In this document: positions 49,353 through 60,423 of the stretch, piece by piece | Numbering within the stretch: position 1 is the stretch's first letter | How the letters are laid out: the number at the start of each line of letters is the position of its first letter | Assembly (NCBI RefSeq): GCF_964188315.1 | Contig: NC_135661.1 | Coordinates: 81,716,001-81,780,000 of the forward strand | DNA from: Podarcis muralis | Lineage: Eukaryota | Length of the DNA stretch: 64,000 nucleotides | Direction: 5' to 3' | Program-made: the position numbers and the translations under genes | Notes under the pieces: model-generated | The model's input: the letters and a program-made list of their open reading frames with translations, nothing else | The model's database searches: none | Told to the model about the DNA's origin: nothing

Positions 49353-49812
49353 TTGTTGTTGTTGTTGTTTAGTCGTTTAGTCATGTCCGACTCTTCGTGA
49401 CCCCATGGACCAGAGCACGCCAGGCACTCCTGTCTTCCACTGCCTCCCGCAGTTTGGGCAAACTCATGCTGCTAGCTTCAAGAACACTGTCCAACCATCT
49501 TGTCCTCTGTTGTCCCCTTCTCCTTGTGCCCTCCATCTTTCCCAACATCAGGATCTTTTCCAGGGAGTCTTCTCTTCTCATGAGGTGGCCAAAGTATTGG
49601 AGCCTCAGCTTCACGATCTGTCCTTCCAGTGAGCACTCAGGGCTGATTTCCTTAAGAATGGATAGATTTGATCTTCTTGCAGTCCATGGGACTCTCAAGA
49701 GTCTCCTCCAGTACCATAATTCAAAAGCATCAATTCTTCGGCCTTCTTTATGGTCCAGCTCTCACTTCCATACATCACTTCTGGGAAAACCAAAGCTTTA
49801 ACTATACGGACC
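49353..49812 (-). mobile_element. Bov-B LINE 3' fragment
   Basis: RVPWTARRSNLSILKEISPECSLEGQ; (CAA)n tail. Confidence 0.9.
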
Positions 49813-49849
49813 ACCAAAGAAACATTTAAACATTTCAGTGTAGTATAGT

Positions 49850-50270
49850 GGCCACTGAGACCATATAACACCGGTCCTGATAAACCTACATTGGCCCCCA
49901 GTACGTTTCCAAGAACAATTCAAAGTGGTGCTGGTCTTTAAAGCCCTAAATGGTCTTGGCCCAGTATACCTGAAGGAGCATCTCCACCCCCATCGTTTTG
50001 CCCGGACACTTTGGTCCAGCTCTGAGCGCCTTCTGGTGGTTCCCTCACTGCGAGAAGTGAGGTTACAGGGAACCAGACAGAGGGCCTTCTCGGTAGTGGC
50101 TCCCGCCCTGTGGAACACCCTCCCACCAGATGTCAAAGAAATAAACAACTATCTGACTTTTAGAAGACATTGGAAGGCAGCCCTATTTAGGGAAGTTTTA
50201 AATGTTTGATGTTTTGATCGTATTTTAATATTTTGTTGGGAGCCGCCCAGAGTGGCTGGGGAAACCCAAT
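49850..50270 (+). mobile_element. L2 3' fragment
   Basis: VLVFKALNGLGPVYLKEHL...RAFSVVAPALWN. Confidence 0.85.
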
Positions 50271-52558
50271 CATATTATAAGCCCTATGTTATAAATCAAG
50301 CAATGATAGGTGTTGTTTCTTTTTGTTTTCCAGTGCATTTCTTATTTAAAAAAAATTAAAAAATTAATTGCACCATGAGCAAATTTTTATTTTGAAAGTG
50401 TGGCTCAGAGAACTACTGTGCTAAGGTATTGCCATACTACTCCCCCCCCCCCCCCTGATACAAGTGAACCAAGATTTCATGCATAGGTGTTTAATCTTCT
50501 GAACCCATTAAGTAGTTGTACCCTCTCTTTGATTTCTGGAAGTTTTCTCATCAGTGACACTTGTGGTTGATATGGAGCAGAGAGCAAATCATCTTCACCC
50601 ATCACTGTCACCCCAGTTCACCTCACCTGGAAAGCTGGATTCTTTCACCCGCAGCAGGAGGATGACTGCGTTCCTCTGGCTCCTCTCCCTACCAAACACC
50701 CACACACCCACCTGCGGCTCCCGACCGCCCTCTGAGGCTGGCCCCATTGCCCTATAGGAAGCTATCTCCCTTGATGGGATGTCAGAGAGAAGTACTAGAG
50801 CAGGGGACAGCAAGGTTTACCTCACCTGGGCCAGTTCACTCCAGTGGAGTTCCCTCCATGGGCTGGACTGCGCACACGCTCGTCTGTGCAGACGCAATTT
50901 CCGGTGTCTGTGCTGTTGGCATGCAGAGGGCCGGGAGGTCAGCTGACTAGCCCGGGCTGGGCAGTCTCCTTCCAGCCATCCTGCTGTGAAGACCCTCACC
51001 TCTGCTCTAACGTAAATCAGCAACCTGGGCTTACTCAGCCAGTGCACACTATCAGCTGATCGAACTGTGCACACAGAATAGGCGTGAGGCTTATGGAAGC
51101 ATACTACAACTACAGATTTATTAATCATAAATCAGGACAAAGAAACATGTGTCTCTCTGTCTCTCTCTCTCATCATCTCAGAGAGAACAGATAAAAACAC
51201 AGCAAGCTGTGCTGGAATGTAAACAGACATGTGACACGCAACAATTCCACACGTCTGCTCCTTAAGGTGGAATGGAAATGTCAACATGCACATGCGCAGA
51301 TGCAATTTTCGGCGCTACAGAAGTGAGTCCCTGCTCCACACTGCGCTGGTTTAGTGCAGCACATGGGGACTTGCCGAGCGAGCAGCTCGGTTCGGGGGCG
51401 GCTCGTGGGCCTTTTAAACGACCCCTGTGGGCTGCTTGTGGCCCATGGGCCTTAGCTTGCCTACCCCTGTGCTAGAGATATGGTTCTGCAGTTGATGGAT
51501 AGCAAAGAGGAATGAGGAAGGAGGTCATTCTTGTCCGGAACCTGCCGGGGGGAACCAGGCAGCAGATGAGTGACCCTCACAAGAGGAGAGACTTCTTCTC
51601 AAGAATAACAGACCCTCCTCCAAGTGTCCCTATTTTCCAGGAGTGTCCCAGATTTAGAGAAGACGTCCCGGTTTCTGATTTGATCCCTGAATGTCCCACT
51701 TTTCCTTAGGACATCCCTATTTTCATTGGGGAAATGTTGGAGTTATCTGACCCCCGGGCTGTCTGAAGGCAATCCTGTATAAGGAAGGTTTTTTTTTAGT
51801 GTTTAATGATTTATTATGTTTTTATATATGTTGGAAACTGCCCAGAGTGGCTGGGGCAACCGAATAAGATGTGTGGGGTATAAATAGTAAAATTATAATT
51901 ATGGAATGGGACGTCGCTATTTTCATCGGAGAAATGTTGGAGAGTATGGAATGAGGTCTCTTTCTGGATCATGAGAACTGAACTGCAGCCATGCTTCTAA
52001 ATTTTCACTTATCCAAACTTTGAAATGACCGAGCTATGAGTGCCAGAATGCATATATTAGGTGAAAGTGTGCATTGAAAAGAATTGATCCATGGAAATCT
52101 CAGGAAACCATGCATCATATTAAGAGAAATTGCTTGCAAGATTTAGAACATCCTTCAAAATGGCGTACAAAAATGTGTCCAGTAGGAGAAAGATGCTGGT
52201 GGGTTTTAATGAGGATTTGCCCGCTTCCTTTCTTCCCCCTCAGCACCAATCCTTTAGACATGTAAGGTGTGATTCCATTTCGGTCTGGCCTTTTCCAGGG
52301 AGAGGTTCCCTCGCGTCTCTGTCTCAGTATCTGCAAGTTGTTCCCATCATGCAGCACGAAAGACCCTCAGGAACCAAGGCTGGCTCCTGTGTTCAGAACA
52401 AGGACTAGGATTTCCAGAAGGATTAAGCCCTGAAGAGAAAATGTCCTGGTCCCGACAATCACTTGGCAGCAGCTGAAAGGTAGAAATTTGAAAGGGAAAG
52501 AGGCTTGGCGGCCCCAGAGAGGCCTCAGCAGTGGAGAGAAGGTTGCAGGGCCCATCTG

Positions 52559-52606
52559 TTATCTCTTTATCTCTTCGTAGACAGACCGGGTTGTGGGCTG
52601 CAAGTC
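52559..52606 (-). CDS. Gene A terminal exon, ITAM second half (DLQPTTRSVYEEIKR*)
   Basis: ctctttag|GAC, 48 nt to TAA. Confidence 0.85.
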   Translation of the reverse strand, partial: DLQPTTRSVYEEIKR

Positions 52607-52878
52607 CTAAAGAGAAAATGGAGATGGCTCAGGTGGAAGCCACAGACACATTTTCAGTTGCAAATTACCTTCATTCTGCATGAGGTAGGGCTCATCCATT
52701 CTCACCTTTGCACCACAATTCTAGGCACACTGGCTGGACTTACCAGGTCCAGTAGCAACAAACAACAAAGTTGTTATATTTTTCTTTTGCCTCGCCAGTA
52801 TCCCCACAAAAACTTGCTTCTAACCATCGAATTGGAGCAAACGGCGATGCACAGAGCCAAAGGTGGATGTGTATAAGC

Positions 52879-53014
52879 CAGTCACCCCCAAACTCGGCCC
52901 TCCAGATGTTTTGGGACTACAACTCCCATCATCCCTAGCTAACAGGACCAGTGGTCAGGGATGATGGGAGTTGTAGTCCCAAAACATCTGGAGGGCCGAG
53001 TTTGGGGGTGACTG
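52879..53014. mobile_element. Palindromic hAT-type MITE
   Basis: Near-perfect hairpin with a perfect 8-bp TSD GTATAAGC. Confidence 0.9.
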
Positions 53015-53359
53015 GTATAAGCCCTTTTACTGTGTCTCATTTGAATGGAATCAGGGCCGTCTTAAGCATATGTGGTGCTGGAGTGGAAAGATCCGCCCGG
53101 TGCCCCCCCCCCAGGTTGCCCAGAGTTGTCGACCTTTTTTAGGGGGGGAACCCCAAAGTTGTTTTTAGGGTGGGCCGGTGAGGCGCGCACAGCAGAGTTG
53201 GCCAGCCGCCTCAGCAGCAATGGAGGAGCCTGAGGCGGCAGCAGTAGCAGCAGCAGAGCAAGGGGTGGGCACCTGGAGGGGCGGGCAAGCAGAGCCCAGC
53301 ACAACAACAGTCGAGTCCGAGGCAGCTGAGCGAAGCCGGGGACATCATGTGAGCAGCGT

Positions 53360-53969
53360 TGTGACGGCCTGGGCTTCAGGCTCAGAGGCTGAACCTGAGG
53401 AATCCCAGCCTGCACAGGAGTCCCCGCCTCCAGAACCAGCTGAGCCGGGGCTGGGGCCTGAGCCTGAAGGGTCCTCACCTGTGCTGGATCCTCAGGTGCA
53501 GGCACCAGCTGAGTCTGCTCTGGCTCCTGGGGTGATGGAGGACCCATTGCCTGCAGGTGCTCCACTCTCAGCCCCGTCAGAGGAAGCTGAGGTTGCCTCT
53601 GGGTCCGGTAACCCTCCAGCCTCTCCTGAGCTGCAGAGGCTCAGGGCAGAGAGGCGGAGGGAACTAAGTTCCCGCAGGAGGAGTGCTTGCCTCCAGGCCA
53701 GGAGAGGCGAGTCACCTGTGGACCGGGGCCACCCTATGCCTCGGGGCAGATAAAAGTCAGTCAGCCCCAGTCCCAGGTTGTGGGAGCAATGTTGTTGGTA
53801 GCCTGTTCCTGCCTGAACCCTGTCCTGCTCTTCTGCCAGAGTTCCTGACCCCACCCAACTCCCCGCCTTGGACCCAGCTACAGCTTTGACGGACAGCCTC
53901 CATACTGCACCATTGACCTTGGACTGGACTTGGACCTCGCCTCTCGGTTAGCCCCCCGGGACCAGCACA
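53360..53969 (+). mobile_element. Solo LTR in a gene A intron
   Basis: TG...CA ends; TSD AGCGT/AGTGT; carries a P/E/S-rich ORF. Confidence 0.7.
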
Positions 53970-54364
53970 AGTGTGCACTGGGTGGGCCTCTCGACAGCCT
54001 GCCAATCCCAGGCTCGCAGGAGGGTGGAGCTGGCAGCTGCCTCAGTGCCTCGCTCGCCTGCAGCAGAAGAGCTGTGGTGCTCTAATAGGCTCTGCTCCAC
54101 TTGGCGGCGTCTGTCGGCTCTTCCCAATCCAGACTCCAAATCTCAGCCCCGGACTCTCAGCCTGGCGCCCCTGAGAGATGGGGCCCGGGTGCCCCGCACC
54201 CCTAGCGCCTATGGGTAACACGGCCCTGCATGGAATGCAAATAAACTGCAAGCCCATGTAGATGCCGCTGCATTGATGAAGTGTGATAGCTGCCAAGGGG
54301 CTCCTGCCAACAACAGATATTTGGAACATATTTGACATTTGAAGCGCAAGGGATTTCCACTCAC

Positions 54365-54406
54365 CAGATATACATTGGCAGCCTCAGAGGAGCTTTCAGG
54401 CTCAAT
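54365..54406 (-). CDS. Gene A 42-nt exon (IEPESSSEAANVYL)
   Basis: ttgcag|ATT...CTG|gtgagt, phase 0-0. Confidence 0.85.
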
Positions 54407-54680
54407 CTGCAACAAAGAGAAAAAGATGGCAAAGATCATTCACCAGTCACAAAATTGTAGAGTTGGAAGGGGCTGTTATAAGAATTTGAGGTCTTGAATA
54501 TATGAATTAAATCTTCATAAATTTACAAGGCAAACACATACATAAGTATATAAACCACGTGTCTGAATTTCATCGGGCGCATCCCCCTCCCTGCCGCCTG
54601 AAAGGGTAAATTCAGATGAAATTGGGGAGGGGGGGATATGGGCTTGCATTTCTATGTCAATGGGCGCTCTGAAATAACTA

Positions 54681-54955
54681 CAGTGGTGCCCCGCAAGACG
54701 AATGCCTCGCAAGACGAAAAACTCGCTAGACGAAAGGGTTTTCCGTTCCGCAAGACGAATTTCCCTATGGGCTTGCTTCGCAAGACGAAACGTCTTGCGA
54801 GTTCTTGCGAGTTTGTTTCCTTTTTCTTAAAGGCGCTAAGCCGCTAAGCCGTTAATAGCCGCTAAGCCGCTAATAGCCGTGCTTCGCAAGAGGAAAAAAC
54901 CGCAAGACGAAGAGACTCGCGGAACGGATTAATTTCGTCTTGCGAGGCACCACTG
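54681..54955. mobile_element. Tc1/mariner-type MITE with internal CGCAAGACG repeats
   Basis: TA|CAGTGGTGCC...GGCACCACTG|TA. Confidence 0.85.
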
Positions 54956-55006
54956 TACATGCTTGAGTATTTATCTCATGACAAATACCCACCCCAAGTC
55001 ACTTAC

Positions 55007-55110
55007 CTCAGGCTTTCTCTGTCCTGGTGGAAGAACATTCTCATATATTTGAGGGGTGGGTGTGGCCGCAGAGGTTGTGGTAGAAGTTTTGTCTTTCCTA
55101 TGACGGACAC
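55007..55110 (-). CDS. Gene A first cytoplasmic exon (RVRHRKDKTSTTTSAATPTPQIYENVLPPGQRKPE)
   Basis: ctacag|GT...GAG|gtaagt; 104 nt, phase 1-0. Confidence 0.85.
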
Positions 55111-55549
55111 CTGTAGGCAGGAAAGTCCAGGAATAAAGTCTTAACATGGAACAGGATCGGCCTGCAACAGCAGTGTAACATCAAGCAATATTCAGCAAAA
55201 TGATTCCCTTACTCAGTTTTCTGTATTCTTATGCGTCTTGCATATTGTAAACCACCCCGTGATCTTTGGATGAAGGGTGATATATAACAACAACAACAAC
55301 AATAGGGCAATGCTATTGGAAAGAAGTGGGTCAAACTAATGGAGAGGACATAGAAGTGTTTAGGATAATTTAGGAAGTTGTTATATGGACCACGATTGGC
55401 CAGAATAGCAGGGCATTAAGGCCTCTATACCTGGCGAAACTGTCCAGCTATTCCACTAAGGTTTTTTTTTTAAAAAGTTGAATTTTCTGAGTTCTGAAAA
55501 CAACAACCCCCCAGTAACTGAATAAGCAATGCAAGAGGTGTGTTTGAAT

Positions 55550-55814
55550 GAAATGCAGCCCGGACACTGAGGTCCAGCGCCGAGGACCATCTGGCGGTTC
55601 CCTCACTACGAGAAGTGAGGTTACAGAGAACCAGGCAGAGGGCCTTCTCGGTAGTGGCACCCGCCCTGTGGAACGTCCTCCCATCAGATGTCAAGGAAAT
55701 AAACAACTATCTGACTTTTAGAAGACATCTGAAGGCAGCCTTTTTAATGTTTGATATTTTATCGCGTTTTTAATATTCTGTTGATAACCGCCCAGAGTGG
55801 CTGGGGAAACCCAG
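55550..55814 (+). mobile_element. L2 3' fragment running into the gap
   Basis: Standard L2 3' sequence ending GAGTGGCTGGGGAAACCCAG. Confidence 0.8.
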
Positions 55815-55951
55815 NNNNNNNNNNNNNNNNNNNNNNNNNNNNNNNNNNNNNNNNNNNNNNNNNNNNNNNNNNNNNNNNNNNNNNNNNNNNNNNNNNNNNN
55901 NNNNNNNNNNNNNNNNNNNNNNNNNNNNNNNNNNNNNNNNNNNNNNNNNNN
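55815..55951. other. Assembly gap (N run)
   Basis: 137 N inside the gene A TM-cyt1 intron. Confidence 0.99.
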
Positions 55952-56223
55952 ATTCCACAGAGTGGAAGCAACCTGGGTTCCTCATCTGCTTCCTGCCCCA
56001 TAGCAGGAAAAGCACCAAAACAGTCTGGAAGGTTCTAGTGGTTCGGCCTGTTGCCAGATGATGGACTGGCTGAGGACCCCAGGGGCTCAGAAGGGTCTTC
56101 CTTAGGCCAAACCCAGCTGTGCTGCCACTTCCCTTTAGTCTCTCAGGCAGCTGTTTCAGCAGTGTGTGGGTGCGCTGTGGCTTTTGAATGGGAGCCAAGC
56201 TTGTCTGTGTGGCCCCAATGGTT

Positions 56224-56224
<1 letters not shown>

Positions 56225-56263
<39 letters not shown>
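56225..56263. repeat. (GT)n microsatellite
   Basis: About 19 GT units. Confidence 0.95.
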
Positions 56264-56266
<3 letters not shown>

Positions 56267-56311
56267 AGGCCACCAGCAGCTCAATGAAGAGGGACCCTGA
56301 GCTATGCATAC

Positions 56312-56645
56312 GGTAACGGGACCCCTGAGCATTGGGTCCAGTCATGACCGACTCTGGGGTTGCGGCGCTCATTTTGCTGTATTGGCCGAGGGAGCCGGCG
56401 TACAGCTTCCGGGTCACGTGGCCAGCATGACTAAGCCGCTTCTGGCAAACCAGAGCTGCGCACGCAAATGCAATTTACCTTCCCTATTTATCTACTTGCA
56501 CTTTGACGTGCTTTCGAACTGCTAGGTTGGCAGGAACAGGGACCAAGAAACGGGAGCTCACCCCGTCATGGGGATTCAAACTGCCAACCTTCTGATCGGC
56601 AAGTCCTAGGCTCTGTGGTTTAACCCACAGCACCACCTGCATCCC
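56312..56645 (-). mobile_element. Sauria SINE
   Basis: TSD CTATGCATAC. Confidence 0.9.
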
Positions 56646-57124
56646 TTGAACTATGCATACCCTTCAACATTTGTCCATTGAAAATAGGAACATCCATTTC
56701 CATAATGGTAATTTTACTATTTATACCCCACCCATCTTACTGGGTTGCCCCAGCCACTCTGGGCAGCTTCCAACATATATAAAAAAACCCATAATAAAAC
56801 ATTAAACATAAAAAACCCTTTCCTATACAGGATTGCCTTCAGATGGCTCGGGGGGTCAGATAACTCTATACCCTCCAACATTTCTCTGATGAAAATAGGG
56901 ACAAACTAGTCCACATCCTCCAACATTTCTCCAATTTATTTATTATTTATATGCTGCCCATAAAACTTTAAAAAAAAAAAAAACAACACCATCCCTATAC
57001 AGGACTGCCTTGAGGTGTCTTCTAAAAGTTGTATAGTTACTTATCTCCTTGGCTCGGGGGTCGCATAACTCCACACCCTCCAATATTTCTCCGATGAAAA
57101 TAGAGACGTCCTAAGGAAAAGTGG

Positions 57125-57486
57125 GGGACGCGGGTGGCGCTGTGGGTAAAAGCCTCAGCGCCTAGGGCTTGCCGATCGAAAGGTTGGCGGTTCGAATCCC
57201 CGCGGCGGGGTGCGCTCCCGTTGCTCGGTCCCAGTGCCTGCCAACCTAGCAGTTCGAAAGCACCCCCGGGTGCAAGTAGATAAATAGGGACCGCTTACTG
57301 GCGGGAAGGTAAACGGCGTTCCGTGTGCTGCGCTGGCTCGCCAGATGCAGCTTGTCACGCTGGCCACGTGATCCGGAAGTGTCTGCGGACAGCGCTGGCC
57401 CCCGGCCTCTTAAGTGAGATGGGCACACAACCCTAGAGTCTGTCAAGACTGGCCCGTACGGGCAGGGGTACCTTTACCTTTACCTT
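57125..57486 (+). mobile_element. Sauria SINE
   Basis: TSD TAAGGAAAAGTGGGG. Confidence 0.93.
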
Positions 57487-57612
57487 TAAGGAAAAGTGGG
57501 GCATTCTGGGATCATATCAGAAATCGGGATGTCTTCTCTAAATCAGGGACGTCCCGGAAAATAGGGACACTTGGAGGGTCTGAACCATGGAGCCAGTGCT
57601 GGTGTTACTCAC

Positions 57613-57714
57613 GGAGGAAGACGTAAGTCAGGGTTCCCGTCAGCACCAATATCGCAGCCAGAGATCCGATAATGGTCCCAGCGAGGGCTCCAGCAGAACC
57701 GGAAGTAGGAGAAG
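57613..57714 (-). CDS. Gene A transmembrane exon (ASPTSGSAGALAGTIIGSLAAILVLTGTLTYVFL)
   Basis: ccttag|CT...C|gtgagt; 102 nt as in gene B (alternative in-frame acceptor at 57720). Confidence 0.87.
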
Positions 57715-57806
57715 CTAAGGCTAAGATGGGGAACACAAGCAGAGCTCCCAATCCTATTTAAAATAATTACCGTAATTTCTAATAATCCAATAATCTGCTG
57801 CTAATA

Positions 57807-57844
<38 letters not shown>

Positions 57845-58049
57845 TTTATACCCTGGCCATCTTCAATAGCCACCAAAATCTGACGCCTGAGGCAGATATT
57901 GTGCTTTCCCTAGCGCTAGACAAGGCAAACAACAAAAGGCTTTCATGTGTTCCAGGAGAGGAATCAGGAAGTCAACATCAGACAAGAGAAAGTCGAGAAT
58001 CCCAGCAGCTCCTCCCTCCAGCCTTGCTGGCTCTTCTGTTCAGCTATAA

Positions 58050-58298
58050 CACGGGTAGGCAAACTAAGGCCCGAGGGCCGGATCCGGCCCAATCGTGTTC
58101 TAAATCTGGCCAGCGGACAATCCAGGAATCAATGTGTTTTTGCATGAGTAGAATGTGTCCATTTATTTAAAATGCATCTCTGGGTTATTTGTGGGGCATA
58201 GGAATTTGTTCACCCCCCCCAAAAAAAATAGTCCGGCCCCCCACAAGGTCTGAGGGACAGTGGACCGGCCCCCTGCTGAAAAAATTTGCTGACCCCTG
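58050..58298. mobile_element. hAT-type non-autonomous element
   Basis: CACGGGTAGGCAAACT...TTTGCTGACCCCTG ends; ~8-bp TSD (A/T)GCTATAA. Confidence 0.75.
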
Positions 58299-58448
58299 TG
58301 CTATAACATTTCCTGCAACATTGAGTTAACAGGAAGGTAGACCTGTTTAGGGAAGCTTTTAATGTTTGATGTATTACAGTATTTTAATATTTTTTTGAAA
58401 GCCGCCTAGAGTGGCTGGGGAAGCCCAGCCAGATGGGTGGGGTATGTA

Positions 58449-58485
<37 letters not shown>

Positions 58486-58891
58486 GACCTGAAAACTGAG
58501 ATTATGGTAAAGGAGAGGAAAAAGGAAGGGAAAGAGACCTCCCCTTTGAGCAAAAGGCCCATTCTATGGAGTTGAAAAGAGAGCTTTCAGACTAGCTATC
58601 ACATTGTGCTGGGAAACTAAAAGCCGAAAAGAACCATCCCACAGCTGGAACCTAAAGGAAAACTTATTTTCCAAACCTTCATTATTTGCTTGTGATTACT
58701 GAACTCAGCAGTTGTGCCTGGGCTTCCCTAGGGCGGTAGATGTGCTGGGGGCAAGTTCATTGGAGGATATAATAATCATAATTCTAGCCAGGAACTGAAC
58801 CGAGGACACAACTTTGGAGGGATAAAAGCAGGTTACTTCTAAAGGCATCAAGTTCACCTCTTAAAGATGGGAAAGGAAGCGAGATTCATAC

Positions 58892-59263
58892 CTAAGACAG
58901 TTAGGTTTGCATTCCCTGTTTTGTGTATCACAGGTAAACCCACTGCCAATGTATACATTCCCGAGTCATTTAGCCTTAAAAGTGTGATGCGAAGGGAGAA
59001 AAATGGGTCTACAGTCTCCCTCCCTGTGAAGGCAGGTCCATTTAGCCGATCCTCAAATGGAGCTCTGGCATAGGTAAATATACGATTTTTGTTTTCAAGT
59101 GTCCCTCGAAACCAGGTGCAGCTGCGGTATTGCTTCAGATCAACACTTCCTGGTGTTAAGGTGACACTCTGTCCTTCTCTCAGCAAATTTGGGTCAACTG
59201 TGATGTGTATTCCGGTCTTGCCCTGGGCTTGAGTCAGCAGGAAACAAGAACTCAGGATGGAGG
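58892..59263 (-). CDS. Gene A CEACAM-like N (IgV) exon
   Basis: acacag|CC...TTAG|gtatga; 372 nt; REGQSVTLTPG..RSCTWFRG..NGPAFTGRET..FSLRI..DSGMYTL. Confidence 0.9.
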
Positions 59264-60386
59264 CTGTGTTGTGGAGAAGAAAACAAAAACACCTGTACTA
59301 GGCAAAAATATATACCGTATTTTTCGCTCTATAAGACGCACCAGACCACAAGACGCACCTAGTTTTTGGAGGAGGAAAACAAGAAAAACAATATTCTGAA
59401 TCCCAGAAGCCAGAACAGCAAGAGGGATCGCTGCGCAGTGAAAGCAGCAATCCCTCTTGCTGTTCTGGCTTCTGGGATAGCTGTGCAGCCTGCATTCGCT
59501 CCATAAGACACACACACATTTCCCCTAACTTTTTAGGAAGGAAAAAGTGAGTCTTATAGAGCAAAAAATATGGTATATATGCTGCTGCCAATAGTCATGA
59601 AATTTGATTCAGTTCACATGGAAATCAGTCTCTCAGATTTGCATGTCCCAAAACAGTACAATAATGAAAATAAAGACATCCTTCCAAATTCTCACTTTAC
59701 TGAATTTTATGATGTGGTTCCCCTACCAAGTTGAATATTGCGGAGAAAATTCACATAAATGTGAAATATGTTCTTAGAGGAACATAATATACAAAAGTGC
59801 ATTACATTAGAAGAACTTGCTTCCGAAAAGTGTGCGTTAGTCAAAACTGCACACAAAAGCATGTTTATTCAGAGAAATGCCCACTAATTTGCGGAACAAT
59901 TTCAACGAGCATTTAAAAATAAAATCACAAATTGCTTCAAAGTGCGGAGAACTGAGTTTGAGATTGGAAAAACGGGATAGGGAGAAAATCAAAACTGACC
60001 CCTACATGGAAGTACGTAAATTCCATTAAACTAAACAGGGCTTTCTTCTGAGTCAACATGCGTGGGAATACACCGTACATCTGTTTCTATGTTGCTTTTG
60101 TGTGTGTTCAACTGCATGCTTGCAAACTTCCTTCTTTCTGCATTGGTCTACAATTTTAAAAGAAACCACTTGTTGCTGTTATTGTTGTTGTTGTTGTTGT
60201 TGAGGATCCATGGGAAGGGATGTTGTCAAAGGGGTCTGCTCCCACTCCTTCTTCCCTCCTCTCTCTTATACAAATGGACACAGCCACAGGGAATGCAGCC
60301 ACAAAGAAAAAGGGAGACCTGTTGCGCTTCCTTTTCAGCACCTTGCCAAATGCCTAGGCTTTCTCTGACACCCCTGTTTGCCTCAC

Positions 60387-60423
60387 CTGCTAGGCTCCGA
60401 TGACGCTCCTGCCTCCTCCCCAT
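60387..60423 (-). CDS. Gene A short leader exon (MGRRQERHRSLA)
   Basis: acaATGG start, donor GCAG|gtgagg, 37 nt, phase 1; the only leader-type donor found upstream of the IgV exon. Confidence 0.65.

Noticed and set aside
53062-53854. Overlapping long P/E/A-rich ORFs on both strands
   Set aside because: They lie mostly in a TSD-flanked LTR and adjacent GC-rich repeat, with no splice or homology support.
54681-54955. Regularly repeated CGCAAGACG units as a CRISPR-like array
   Set aside because: Internal repeats of a TA-flanked MITE in a vertebrate genome; no spacer structure or cas genes.
2355-57843. Many (AAT)n/(ATT)n tracts as functional elements
   Set aside because: Most are microsatellite tails of L2/L1 insertions.
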